This document shows positions 27,725-41,013 of a DNA stretch of 64,000 nt, one piece after another; position 1 is the stretch's first letter; each line of letters opens with the position of its first letter. Made by a program: the position numbers and the translations under genes. Origin of the DNA: Callorhinchus milii (Eukaryota); the NCBI RefSeq assembly GCF_018977255.1, contig NW_024704742.1:133798001-133862000 (forward strand), read 5' to 3'. The notes below the pieces were generated by a model. The model did not search any database, was not told the origin of the DNA, and saw nothing but the letters and a program-made list of their open reading frames with translations.

Positions 27725-27885
27725 TGCCTATCAATCATTTATCGCATTGTGATCTTCTCACAGAGAAAGTCGGCAAACAAATTAAACGGTCATCTTCCTG
27801 GAACGTGTTGGAATAATAAGGACACAATTCCCTGAACGAGGAAATGAAATGCAAATTTTTGTCATTTGCCTACTTCATGAATATT
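27725..27885. promoter_or_regulatory. Candidate enhancer: STAT, Ets-IRF, octamer and Pbx motif cluster
   Basis: ATCAATCA 27730; TTCCTGGAA 27795; TTCCCTGAA 27828; GAGGAAATGAAA 27838; ATGCAAAT 27849; all in non-repeat sequence. Confidence 0.35.
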
Positions 27886-28344
27886 TCAGGCGTGTTGTAG
27901 GCACTTTGTTGGCACCAGTGGAATCAAGGGGTGCAGTGGGGGCTAATCCCCCTCCCCAATGGAAATATTGGGGTTGAGTGGCAGAGGTATGTTTACCCTG
28001 AGTTGCTGATATTTCAGTTTCACTATTAAACAAGCACAGTAGTTATAACATTGACTCTATGTACATTTGTACATGTGTGCACTATGGAGTACTGTAGCGT
28101 AGCAGTTAGAGCACTCACCTCACAAGCTAGTAAGTAGGTTGTTAGCGATGACTGTTTGTAGGACGCTCCTGTGCGCAATTGACTTCCACGTTTCGCCCAC
28201 AAACTATAGAGTCAAATCACTTTACAGTATATTCTGTCAAGCGCTTTGAGATGTCTCACAGACATGATAGGGCTCTCTATCAAATGCAAGGATTATTATT
28301 AAGCTGGGTGGCCATTCTGGGGCAGGGCAAAACCTTAGGCACGT

Positions 28345-28850
28345 GGAGTACAACAACAACACCAACTTGCACTTATATAGCGCCCTCCACGCATGGTAGT
28401 GGACAGCGCCTTGGGACGTCCTCCTGACGTGAAAGGCGCCCTATAAATGGAATCTTGTTGTTGTTGTTGTTGTAGTGTCTCAGAGCGCTTAACAGTGGTG
28501 GAACCTGAGCCAGGGGGAGGGGGAAGGAAAGAGGTGGCCATAAGCAGGAACGAAGAGGAATGTTTTCAAGGGGACTTGAAAGAGGGGAGAGAGGGTCAAG
28601 GCAGAGGGATTGAGGGAGAGTGTTCCAGAGTTCTGGGGCGCAGTGGCTGAAAGCGCGACCTCCAATGGTGGGGTGGAGGGTGTGAGGGACGAGCAGGAGG
28701 CCGGTGCCAGTCAAGCGGAGGCGCCGGGTGGTGGATTGGGGAGTGCGGAGGTCAGAGAGGTAGGGAGGTGCCAGGGAGTGAAGGGATTTGAACATGAATG
28801 TGAGGATCCTGAAGTCGATCAGGCTCAGTGGAGCCTGGGCCAGAATTGGT
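28345..28850 (-). mobile_element. L2 3' fragment with an inverted short L2 tail (28401-28472, +) inserted
   Basis: IDFRILTFMFKSLHSLAPPYLSDL..GGRAFSHCAPELWNTLP in ORF 28373-28897. Confidence 0.85.
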
Positions 28851-30849
28851 GAGATATATAAACAGAGGCGTGTGGAGTAAGTTTCCTTACTCCACACGCC
28901 TCTGTTTACCTAGCAGAAAGCACGAGCCCAATTGTTAGTTGATTGGTGAATCATTTTCCGGGGGTAATAATCCTTTAAAAAACAACAATAATAATAATTT
29001 GGTCACTCTATCCATCTATGACTGGATTTGTAGGCTGCTGTACGTGATTGGCTTCCGCGTTTCGCCCACACAATACACAGTCACTACACTTTACAGTATA
29101 TTCTCCTGTGTAAGTCTATGTGATTTAATGGCTCAGACTAGATAATTTAAGGCTGCTACCAATGTTCAGGGACATGGAAACATAGGAAGCAGGAATAGTA
29201 GGAGGCCATTCAGCCCGTCAAACCTGTTCCAATAATTTATTAGATCCTGGCGGATCTTTTGATCCCCACAATGTTTTGATCGACATGTTTGCCATTCCCC
29301 TTTATACCTCCACCGCCCAACCATCTGTCCAACAAATATACAGTCACTACACTTCACACTTTGTGAAGCACTTTGAGATGTCTCGATGACATGATAAGAC
29401 ATTATATTTTAAATATAAGGGATTATCATTATTGTTATTATCTCTCTTTCAAACGCACCTATGGATCCTTCTGCTACAGCTTTGGATGAGAGATGATCAT
29501 CTCTCATTGTTGAGGAGATTGCTGAGGCTAAAGAGAGCTCAAGAGCGCGAGGTCTCCGATTTCCCTCTCCCTGGTGAGGAATGATACATTCTCCTCAAGG
29601 ACACAGTAGAAGAGCGAGTGGAGATTATACTTAAAGGGTAATGTCACTGGCAGTGTTCTTACTTAATGGAGGTATTCTGGAAGTCAGCCAAACAGCCCAT
29701 TTTATTCAACATGTTTGTGGAAGGTGACTTTGAGATCCTTTTATTAACAGCAAAAAAAACAGTGGATGCTCAATGTTCTCTATGGCTGTCTCAACAGCTA
29801 GTATGGGTGATGTGGAACCCAGATACGTGCAGAAACATCCAATGAGGGAGGGAGAATAGCTTGTTTTGTGCTCTGTTGCAATTTTTCACATTTGATAACT
29901 TCACCTCACATCACCTCCAAATCTGTTAGCGCCTCCCTATCGCTCTGATCTTCTCGTACCCCATTCCTCACTCCATTACCCCCTCCCAACCCCACCCAGC
30001 TTAGGCTTGTTGCATGTCTCACTCCCTATCGCTGGACGAGCTGACAGATTCTATGCCACTCACCTCTGGAACTCTTTCCCTCTAATCCCTCCATTACCCC
30101 TTCCCATCTGTCTTCAAGTACCCACACACCCCTAAAAAAACCTACCTCTTTGATGGGGAATTACTCAAAACCTACCTGTTCAACCATCCCTCTCTTTCTC
30201 TCTCTCTCTCTCTCTCGCTCTCTCTATTTGATTCCTTTATCTCTCTCTTATATCTGTCTCTCTATCTCTCTCGATCTCTATCTATCTCTCTCTCTCTCAG
30301 TCATTGTGAAGCACTCCGAGGTGTGATACAATTACAATACAGTTTACAAATTGATCCTTTCACAGTGGGAGGATGTCCTAAAGCTCTGGATGGGATGGGG
30401 AGCCAGTAGAGCTGAGCCAGGAGGGTGGGAGGAAAGATATTGAAGAAACTATTTTTAAAAAGAAACAATAGCAGCAATACATTGGGACATCCTCTAAATA
30501 AATATAATAATAATAATAATATAATAATCATCATCCTTATATTTGATATGACTCCTTTCAGTCCAGGAGTGCATCTCAAAGCGATTCACAGGATTTACCA
30601 TAAAGTGTAGTGACTGTGTGTTTTCTAGGCAAACACTCTTAAATGTATCAGAACATAAGAATTTGCTAGGCAAAAATAAACAAGATCCGTCTAGTTCGCC
30701 TTCCACTATCTTGGCAGTTGTTTGACATGTCGGATCACAAAGTATACACTGTATCCCTGGATATTATTTTCTAAATTAATAATATAATCCAGCGCTCAAT
30801 TATACTTTAACTGAAAATGACTGTAGATCAGTAATGTGGTTCTAAACTG

Positions 30850-31138
30850 AATAATAATCCTCACATTTGATATAGCGCCGTATCACGTCTTTGTGACGTC
30901 TCAAAGCACAAAAAATACTGTGAAGTGAATTGACTTTGCCCGACTTTTCACTCTGCGTAAGGAATCAAACAGTCATGGATTGAAAATGACCAATTTATTA
31001 TTGTTTTGGGTTTTGGAGGGATTATTATTAGGCTCTGTGTGGAGTAAGGAAACTTGCCCAAGGTTTCGCCCTGCCTGGAATTGAACTCAGGTCTCTCGCT
31101 TGCAAAGCGAGTGCTCTAACCACTGAGCTACAGGACTC
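30850..31138 (-). mobile_element. Young SINE with disrupted middle
   Basis: Head GAGTCCTGTAGCTCAGTGGTTAGAGCACTCGCTTTGCAAGCGAG on minus. Confidence 0.85.
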
Positions 31139-32395
31139 TATATTTAGCCCAAGTTATTTGTCCCTCTAAGTCACGGTAACTCATTCTTTCTCAAGACGGT
31201 AAGGCTACCTCCACAATCTCCTATTGTCCTCCTGCAATTTATAACCTTTTAAAAACAACACTTGCTGTGTGTAATGTTTATTGCACCTTGCCTTTTACCA
31301 TTTCTAACCTTGTTGATGTCCTTCACTGAGTGACTAGCTCCTTCACTTTAATTGCTCAATGTACAAAAATATAAATGTACTTTCCATTAGGTGTTGTGTT
31401 GTGTGAGAGGAGAGACAGCAAAGTTCAACATTGAATCCAACTTCTGAAGTCTAGGTGATAGTAATAAAAAAAATATTTTTTCACAGAATTTACTGTGATT
31501 TCAGTGGCTGTATTTTGTAGGTGAATCTAGAACCCAATTTTACGCACAGCAATGTCCCTCAAACAGCTATGGAATGAGTGACCAATTTTATTTGGGAGAT
31601 TGTTGATCGGGACACTGGGAGAAACCCCCTTCTCTTTGCAAATAGAGCCATTTAACATTCACCTGAACAGGCAGATGGGACCACAGTTTAATATCTGAAA
31701 AACATCTGAAAGATAGAGACTACTGTATTTCCAAAAGCATTCCTGGATTTCATTTTATATCAAATATACAACTCTGCTCTGAATATCACCTCTTAAAAAT
31801 ATAAAAGAAGAGGAGGGTCTTGAGACGGACCTTGAAGGAGGCAAGGGAAAGGGTACAACTGGTAAATATAAATGCAAGTCGTCGTTGTAAAGGTAAATCG
31901 AGAGTCTAACAAAACCAGAGACGCTATAAGTAGGAGCGAGCGAGCAAGTGAGCGATCGGTGAGTTTGATACAGTCGCTGTCTGAGGTGAAGAAACCCTGA
32001 TGGGAGCTGAGCAGAAGAACCTCGGATTTGCGAATGGATCAGTTTCATTAGGAAACAGAAGGTGAAGGGCTGTGATGTTTCTGCGTCTCACCTCTTTCAT
32101 GTTAATCATTTTCAAACGCTCGTCAGATGCGGTTTGTGACATTACCTCTGCTTTGAACTCACAGACAGTCAGGCGGACAGTCAGGCATTCACTCCAGCTG
32201 ATAAACTCTTTGTTATTGAGTCTGACCACTTGCCTGTCCCATCGCTCACTCAGCTTTCAGCTCGACTTATTGCAAAGTGATATGAGGCCACTGTGGTTGA
32301 GAGTCAAATGTCTTTCATATATCAAAGTTAGGAAAAAAACACCAAGTTTGGATTATTTGGGGGGGAAGGGGTTTGGTGTAAACTCAGTCGAGGAA

Positions 32396-32777
32396 GTAAT
32401 AATAATAATAATCCTTGCATTTGATATCGCGCTTTTCATGTCTTCTAGACGTCTCAAAGCACTTTGCAGAATAATAATAATAATAATCCTTGCATTTGAT
32501 ATAGCGCTTTTCACGTCGGGAGGACGTCCCAAAGCGCTTCACAGAACACACTGTAAAGTGAATTGACTGTATATTTGTGGGCGAACGCGGCAGCCAATTG
32601 CGCACAGCAATGTGCCACAAACAGTCCTGGATTGAAATGACCAATTTATCATCTTTTGAGGGATTATTATCCGTCATGTGGAGTAAGGAAACTTGCCCAA
32701 GGTTTCACTCTGCCGGGAATCGAACCCAGGTCTCTCGCTTGCAAAGCGAGTGCTCTAATCACTGAGCTACAGGACTT
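32396..32777 (-). mobile_element. Young full-length SINE (32471-32777) abutting the tail of another SINE (32396-32470)
   Basis: Two consecutive GCAAGGA(TTA)n tails with different loop variants. Confidence 0.9.
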
Positions 32778-33359
32778 TAAGTACATCTCAAAGTAAGATT
32801 TAAAGACAGGTAATTATTTTTGACACATGCGGAAGGAAGCCCATCACGTGCTTAAGAGTACCCCAACCAAACTGAGGATTCCATCCTACCCACCTACAGG
32901 TGGAAATCCCAGAGCTAGATTGTTGGAATGGATTGCACGCTATCTCCCTGCTTTACCTAATTTTGGGACGTTTTAGGCGCAGGTTGGCAAAACCAAAAGA
33001 CAGATAAACAAGGGAATGAGGCAGGGGGACTAAGGCAGGCAGTTCCTGATTTGTTAGCGTAGGTTGGCCAAAGGCATGCACAAATACATTAAATTCACGT
33101 TTACATAGTGCATTTCGTGTCTCAAAGCACCTCACGCGATTGATTGTGAGACTGTATGCTTTGTAAGTGAATACAGTCGCCAATGTGTGTGTGTGTGTGT
33201 GTGTGGGGGGGGGGTGGGTGGGAGACAGCGGAGTGGGACTAAACAACTAGTGTAGTGAATTGGCATAGGCTCAATGCACCAAATGTCCTACATCTGTGCT
33301 TAAATATTCTATGATTCTTTCAACTTGAAAGAAGCAAAAAAATGTTTTCTTTTCTAATA

Positions 33360-33685
33360 TGCAGCGTTGTGTAGCTCCATGGTTCACAAGCGAGAGACTG
33401 GGTTAGATTCCCGGCAGGGCAAAACCTTGGGTAAGATTCCTTATCCCACACGCCTGATAATAATCCCTCAAGAAAAAAAATGTTTTTTGTATTGAATTGA
33501 ATTGTATTCTTGCATGCCTTTGGCCATTAATAAGTCAGTCACTCAATCCACGATTGTGAGACACTGCTGTGTGCAATTGGCTGTCATGTTTCGCCCACAA
33601 ATATACAGTATATTCTGCGAAGGGCTTTCAGATGCCTCCAAGGCGTGAAAAGCGTTATGTCAAATGCAAGTTTTATTATTATTAA
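33360..33685 (+). mobile_element. tRNA-derived SINE, diverged short form
   Basis: TGTAGCTC..head, CCTTGGGTAAG, GATAATAATCCCTC, Deu-like block, tail. Confidence 0.75.
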
Positions 33686-34954
33686 TATATTAAAAATTTA
33701 TCAAATTGTATAATTAATACCGCTCGGTGCCAAAGTGAGAACGAAAGTGAGAGAGAGAGAGAGGGGCCTGATTAATATTAATGCAATTACAATACTGCTG
33801 AGATTACAGCAAAGCATCTTAAAAACGTCAATGAACCTCACGTCATGGGATTTGGCCTTTGCTCACAAACTTCCTGCCGGGGCCCCTGTCAGATCGAGCC
33901 ATTTGTTCTGGGAATGTAAACAAGTGAAAAAACCAATAGCCAAAAAAAAAGGGTCACGTCCTTCATTCTTACCGGGGGGGCCGGGGTGGGGTGGTGGTTA
34001 GGGGGCTTTGCTTGGCTCCGTAGTGATGATGCTGGTTACAGCACGCACGGAAATATTGCTCTAAATAGCCCGAAGAATTGAGACCTTAAGAGCCAGCAAG
34101 GCTGAGACTAAGTGCCCAGAAGAGAAATTGTAGGCTGGGATTTTGACTTAAGTTGTTATAATGCAAATCTTTAGGGGAAACAAAGTGGAAACAAATGGTT
34201 TCTATTCAATGGCACCAGATAGTTCTGCGGAACATCGTGAATGTTAATCGCTTTCCATCTATCTCTTTGCGTCGGCTACCGCTGGAATTGAAACGCAAAG
34301 GATAAACTGCAAACAGTAACATCTGGTGTGTTGTCCTTCCTTACACTGCATTGTCAGATGCATCATCCATCGGATGAGATGTTAAACCGAGGCCCCATCT
34401 GCCTGTTCATGTGGATGTTAAAGATCCCGTGGCACTATTCGAAAAGAGAAGGGAATTTTTTTCTCCCTGTGTCCTGGCCAACAATCCCCGAAATGAAATT
34501 GGTCACTCACTTCATGGCTGATTGTGGAACACTGCTGTGCCCAAATTGCCCACCGCATTCACTTATAATTAATTACGCGCATTAATCTTCATAACGTCTC
34601 AGCTGTAGAACTTTATCAAATCGCCACACAAGGAACAAGAATAATCCTTACATTTAATACAGCCCTTTCACATCAGAACACTTCAAAGTGCTTCACATGA
34701 TATACTGCAAAGTGCAGTAACTGTGTATGTTTACTTTGTGTGTCAATTTACGAAAGGCATTGTATCACAAAGAGCGATTGTTTTGGCAGGTCATCTCTTT
34801 TCAATCTCTCTTCTCTTTACAAATTGCATCATAGGATCTTTTAACATGCACCTGAGCAGGCAGATGGGACCTTGGTTTAACATCCTATTCCAAAAGATGA
34901 CATCTCCGACAATGCAGTGTTCCCACCACCGCACTACATTACAGTGTCAACTTA

Positions 34955-36330
34955 TACAACAACAACAAGATTACATTATATAGCGCCTTTCACGTCGGGA
35001 GGACGTCCCAAGGCGCTGGACAGAGTACAGCATTTCAGACCCAAGCTTGGGTTGGGGGGGGTAAGGGGGGAAGGGAGGTGGCCGATGGCATGGTCGAAGA
35101 GGAGGGACTTGAAGGAGGCTAAGGAGGGGGCGAGGTGGAGTGATTGGGGGATGAAATTCCAGAGGTTGGGGGCAGAGTGGCTGAAGATTCTCCCGCCAAT
35201 GGTGGGACGAGTGGGTCGGGGGATGTGGAGCAGGCCAGAGCCGGCTGAGTGGAGGGAATGAGTGGGTTGGTAGGGGGTTAGGAGGTCGCAGAGGTAGGGT
35301 GGGGCGAGGCCATGGAGGGCTTTGTATGTGAGGAACAGGATCTTGAACTGGATCCTCTGAAGGATAGGGAGTCAGTGGAGTCGGGCGAGAGTGGGGAATA
35401 TGGGGTCACGGAGTTTGGTGCGGGAGAGGACACGGGCTGCAGAGTTCTGGGTTATCTGCAGCCTGTGGAGGGAGGAGTTGGGAGGACCGACAAGCAGGAC
35501 ATTTGCATAGTCGAGCCTGGAGATGATGAAGGCATGAACAAGAGTTTCAGCGGCCTGAGGGGTGACGCAGTGGCGGAGTCGGGCGATGTTACGGAGGTGA
35601 GGGAAGGCAGTGCGGGTCATGGCTTGAATGTGGGGGAGAAAAGACAGTTGAGGTTCGAAGAAGACACCGAGGTTCCTGACTGGCGGTGAGTTGTAGTGTG
35701 CAACCATGGAGGTTGATGCTGCCAGAGCCTGAGGTGCTGAGGCACTGGCGCGAGGCAATCAGGAGGGCCTCAGTCTTGTTCACATTCAACTGTCGGAAAT
35801 TTGCCCTCATCCAGGACTTGATGTCCGACAGACAGTCTGTCAAGACAGCAGTGGTCCTGGAGTTGAGAGTGGAGGCAGAAAGATAGAGTTGGGTGTCATC
35901 CGCATACATGTGGAAGTTGACCCCATGTCTGCGGATGATGTCACCAATGGGGAGCGTGTAGATATTAACGAGGAGAGGGCCAAGGACAGAGCCCTGGGGG
36001 ACGCCAGATGTGACAGTTCGGGGGCTGGAGGAAAAGCGTTAGAGGCAACGAAGTGGAGACGGTGAGAGAGATAGGAATTGAACCAGGAAAGGGCAGGTCC
36101 GCGAAGATTGAGTAAAGCGGAGAAGCGGTGTATGAGGATGGAGTGGTCGACAGTGTCGAAGGCGGCAGAGAGGTCGAGGAGGACAAGGAGGCAGAGGGAG
36201 CTCTGATCACAGATATTGAGAATGTCATTGGTGACTTTGACCAGAGCTGTTTCCGTACTGTGGGCAGCGCGGAAGCCGGATTGGAGGGGTTCAAAGAGGG
36301 AATGGCGAGAGAGAAAGGAGCGGAGCTGGG
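34955..36330 (-). mobile_element. L2 fragment, best preserved copy (RT to 3' tail), frameshifted
   Basis: [39 protein letters not shown] and RLDYANVLL in three overlapping ORFs; stem-loop tail and (TTG)n. Confidence 0.95.
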
Positions 36331-36450
36331 ACACGACGACTCATCGTGTGTCTATTCAACCAAAGGCATTCAGTCTGCTGCCGAGAGAGTCACTTTGTTG
36401 GACTCAAAATAACCAGCCCACCATCTCCCATACATTAATCATGGCCTGAG

Positions 36451-36465
36451 GCTGCCACCTGCTGT
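36451..36465 (-). promoter_or_regulatory. CTCF-like motif
   Basis: Minus strand ACAGCAGGTGGCAGC, close to the CTCF core CCAGCAGGTGGCAGC. Confidence 0.35.
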
Positions 36466-36521
36466 TCGTCACAGGAATTACAAGCTGGAGATTTGGCATT
36501 ATATAGTGCAGAGTGACTTAT

Positions 36522-36843
36522 AATAATAATAATAATCCTTGCATTTGTTATAGCGCTTTTCGCGTCAGGAGGACGTCCCAAAGCGCTTCACAGAACACAC
36601 TGTAAAGTGAATTGACTGTATATTTGTGGGCGAACGCAGCAGCCAATTGCGCACAGCAATGTCCCACAAACAGTCGTAGATTGAAAATGACCAATTTATT
36701 ATTGTTTTTGGTTTTGGAGGGATTATTATTAGGCTCTGTGTGGAGTAAGGAAACTTGCCCAAGGTTTCGCCCTCTGCCTGGAATTGAACTCAGGTCTCTC
36801 ACTTGCAAAGCGAGTGCTCTAACCACTGAGCTACAGGACTCCA
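36522..36843 (-). mobile_element. Young full-length SINE
   Basis: tRNA-Ala-like head with A and B boxes, truncated CORE-like segment, Deu 3' block, L2 stem-loop tail, (TTA)n. Confidence 0.95.
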
Positions 36844-37364
36844 TTTCTCGAAGGGTTGGTCCCGAGCAAGGGAGATGTGGGGGAGCTGGATTATGATAAT
36901 TATTATTATTAAACTGTCTTTTAAAGGAATGAGTTACAGGCCTATAGGGAAAAGGCGGGTAAACGGGACTGAATGGATCGCTCTTAAAAGGACCAACACA
37001 GACAACAATGGCTTTCCTCAGTGATGTAAATTTCTATGTGTCTGAAAGGATCCAGTGTCCTGGCCTTAACCACACTTCCTGGTGAACCCGTTCCAGTGGT
37101 GAACTAACCACTGTGCAAAAGATATAATAGTAGTAACAATCCTTGCATTTGATGCAGTGGTTTTCACGTCAGGAGAACGTCTCAAAGCGCTTCGCAGGAT
37201 TTTGTGGTAAGTGCAGTGACTGTGTACTCTTTACTCCAGATAGACACATGAGGGAGAAGGGAATAGGAAGGTATGGAAGAGAGTTAGGAGTAGTTGAGGA
37301 GGAGTGGAGTACAAACACCATTAATTGGGATGAATGGCCTGTTTCCATGATGTACAGTCTACAA

Positions 37365-38200
37365 AAGCAACAAGATTACATTTGTATAGCGTCTTTCACG
37401 TCGGGAGGACATCACAAGGCACTGGACAGTGTACAGCATTTCAGACCCGAGCTGGGGTCAGGTGGGGAAGGGAAGGGAGGGGAAGGGGGGTTGGCCGATG
37501 GCATGGTCGAAGAGGAGGGTTTTGAGGTGGGACTTGAAGGAGGCTAAGGAGGGGGCGAGGCGGAGTGATTGGGGGATAGAATTCCAGAGGTTGGGGGCAG
37601 AGTGGCTGAAGGCTCTCCCTCCAATGGTGGGGCAGGTGGGGTGGAGGACGTGCAGCAGGGCAGAGCCGGCTGAGCAGAGGGAGCGGGCGGGTTGGTAGGG
37701 GGTTAGGAGGTCGCAGAGGTAGGGTGGGGCGAGGCCATGGAGGGCTTTGTAGGTGAGGATCAGGATCTTGAATTGGATCCTCTGAAGGATAGGGAGCCAG
37801 TGGGGTCGGGCGAGAATGGGGGAGATTGGGTCATGGAGTTTGGTGCGGGAGAGGACACGGGCTGCAGAGCTCTGGGTTATCTGCAGCCTGTGGAGGGAGG
37901 AGTTGGGAAGGCAGACAAGCAGGGCATTTGTATAGTCGAGCCTGGAGGTGATGAAGGCATGAACAAGAGTTTCAGTGGCCTGAGAAGTGAGGTAGTGGCA
38001 GAGTCGGGCGATGTTACAGAGGTGAGGGAAGGCAGAGCGGGTCATGGCTTGAATGTGGGGGAGAAAAGACAGTTGAGGGTCGAACAAGACACCGAGGTTC
38101 CTGACTGACGTGGTGAGTTGTAGTGTGTAACCGTGGAGGTTGATGCTGCCAGAGCCTGAGGTGCTGAGGCGCTGCTGTGAGCCAATCGGGAGGGACTCTA
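37365..38200 (-). mobile_element. L2 3' fragment
   Basis: ORF 37458-38087 encodes the L2 ORF2 C-terminus; highly similar to 34955-35770. Confidence 0.92.
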
Positions 38201-38391
38201 TGTAAATTCTTTGTAAATCTATGCAAAGCTATAAGGAAATGCACAACAACACCCCACAATAGCCGTGAATTCAATGATCTATTTCATTTAGGGGATTTTT
38301 GGCCAGGAGAAACTTACTTCCTTTTTCGAATAACATGATGTGGGTCTTTAAATCCATCTGAACAGGCAAAAAGGGCCTCGATTTCACATCG

Positions 38392-38718
38392 TCCTGTAGC
38401 TCAGTGGTTAGAGCACTCGCTTTGACAAGCGAGAGACCTGAGTTCAATTCCAGGCAGAGGGCGAAACCTTGGGCAAGTTTCCTTACTCCACACAGAGCCT
38501 AATAATAATCCCTCCAAATCCCAAAACAATAATAAATTGGTCATTTTCAATCTACGACTGTTTGTGGGACATTGCTGTGCGCAATTGGCTGCCGCGTTCG
38601 CCCACAAATATACAGTCAATTCACTTTACAGTGTGTTCTGTGAAGCGCTTTGGGACGTCCTTCTGACGTGAAAAGCGCTATATCAAATGCAAGGATTATT
38701 ATTATTATTATTATTATT
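38392..38718 (+). mobile_element. Young full-length SINE
   Basis: GTCCTGTAGCTCAGTGGTTAGAGCACTCGC..GAGTTCAATTCC.. to (TTA)n. Confidence 0.95.
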
Positions 38719-39363
38719 GTAACTTGACGGGGGCTTGAACTCACAACCTTTTGATTGAGAGGCGAGAGTGCTACCAACCCAAATAATTCCTGTTAAAAAA
38801 ACAATTGATCACTCAATTCACGACTGTTTGTGGGACACTTCTGTGTGTAATTGGCTGCCCCATTTCGCCCATAAAATATACAGTCAATTTACTTCACAGT
38901 GAAGCACTTTGAGATGTCTCAAAGACGTGATAAGGCGCTATATCAAATGCAAAGATTATTATTGGATTATTATAACCAAGTCGGGCTGACACCAAGTGCT
39001 TTCTGGTGTTTATCCTGAAATTGCCCCTTGCCTCCTAGAACCTCAGCGCTCTTGACATCCTGCCCATCTCTACCTATCTTCAAATCTCACCACACCTAAG
39101 GTCACCTGCTTCAACCCCTTTCTCCGAGCTTGGTCTCTGATCCACACCACTGTAAAGTGCTCTGAGATGCTTTCCTATGTGAATGGCGTCCTGGTAAATG
39201 CAAGTTGTTTTTGCAGTTGCCTTGGTAAATCTGAAAGCAAACCACATTGACTCCCAATTTATTAAGGATTCTGTTTGGAGGACCAGGTAATGGGACAGTC
39301 AGACAGTCAGTATAGTCTTGGATTAGGTGTAATAATGATGATCTGTTCAGATCTCTATGTCAT

Positions 39364-39686
39364 AATAACAGTAATAATAATCCTTGCATTTGATATAGCG
39401 CTTTTCACGTCTTCTAGACGTCCCAAAACGCTTCACAGAATATACTGTAAAGTGAATTGATTGTATATTTGTGGGCGAACGCGGCAGACAATTGCGCACA
39501 GCAGTGTCCCACAAACAGTCGTATATTGAAAATGACCAATTTATTATTGTTTTGTTTTTTTGGAGGGATTATTATTAGGTGTGTGGAGTAAGGAGACTTG
39601 CCCAAGGTTTCGCCCTCTGCCTGGAATTGAACTCAGGTCTCTCACTTGCAAAGCGAGTGCTCTAACCACTGAGCTACAGGACTCCA
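39364..39686 (-). mobile_element. Young full-length SINE (TAGAA loop variant)
   Basis: Reverse complement of the consensus; tail loop ACGTC-TAGAA-GACGT. Confidence 0.95.
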
Positions 39687-40796
39687 CATAATGCCTGATG
39701 AACACAGCACAAGAATGTATCGCTCTCTAAAACTCCCATTAATCCACTTTATACTCGTCTCTCCCTTTATTGCGTTGTTTTCATTGTGATTGGAATCTTG
39801 TCTCCCCCCTCCGACAGTTCCTACACAACATAACTTCAACACCAAGTGTGGACCTGAACCAACAAAACATCAATTTCCATTTAGTGGAACAATCAGCAAC
39901 CACTGAATGACCTTTTCAGTTCCATTAAAGTCCACTCCTCACCCACAACACACACACAGTTATACCACTTCACAGTATATCCTACCAAACACTCGACTAC
40001 CTGTTAAAGCGATGTGTCAAATGCAAAGCATGTTATTACTAACTACTCACTCACATTAATAGAATACAATGCATTTATACAGCACACAAAGCGCTTATCA
40101 GTGGCGGGGTTTGACGCCGAGACGAAGAAAGGAGGAAGGTGATCATAGGCATGATCGAAGAGGAAAATCTTCAATGTGATCAGAAGACAGACAAAGAAGG
40201 GGCAAGGGAAAGGGATTCAGGCAGAGAATTCCACAGTTTCGGGGCTTCACGGCTGAAAGCACGACCGCTGACGGAGGAGAGGAGGGGACGAGGGACATGC
40301 AGGAGGCCAGAGTCGGCTTACCGGAGGCAGAGGGTTTTGAAGTGGGCGGGGGTAAGCAGGTCACAGAGGCAGTGAGTTACCAGGGAATGAAGTGATTTGT
40401 ACATGAGAGTCAGAAGTTGTGGGTTCAAGACCCACGTCAGGACTTTCAATCTCGGGGGATGTGCAGCTGGGGGGGGGATGGGGACGGACGGGTGGGTGAG
40501 GGGTGGTGGGGACGGTGGGGAGGACTAGAGGAGTAGGCTTTGAGGAGGTCAGAGATGCATGATGTTACCAGGCTCTATAGCTCCCTGTTGCAGAATGATC
40601 GATTTCAAGATCCTCACTCTCGTCTACAAATCATTTCATGCTCCAGCCCCTCCCTACCTCTCAAACCTGCTCGCACTTCAATTCCCCTCCCCCCTCCTCA
40701 TTTGCTCAACTGACTTGGCCTTTCTGCCTGTCCCTCAACCCCTCCACTCCACCATTGGCAACTGTGCTTTCAGCCACCCACTGCACCCGAGATTCT

Positions 40797-41013
40797 GGTG
40801 GGCGAACACGGCAGCCAATTGCGCACAGCAATGTCCCGCAAACAGTCGTAGATTGAAAATGACCAATTTATTATTGTTTTTGGTTTTGGAGGGATTATTA
40901 TTAGGCTCTGTGTGGAGTAAGGAAACTTGCCCAAGGTTTCGCCCTCTGCCTGGAATTGAACTCAGGTCTCTCACTTGCAAAGCGAGTGCTCTAACCACTG
41001 AGCTACAGGACTC
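40797..41013 (-). mobile_element. Young SINE lacking its 3' tail
   Basis: Head and middle match the consensus; joins an L2 fragment (40590-40790, +). Confidence 0.85.
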
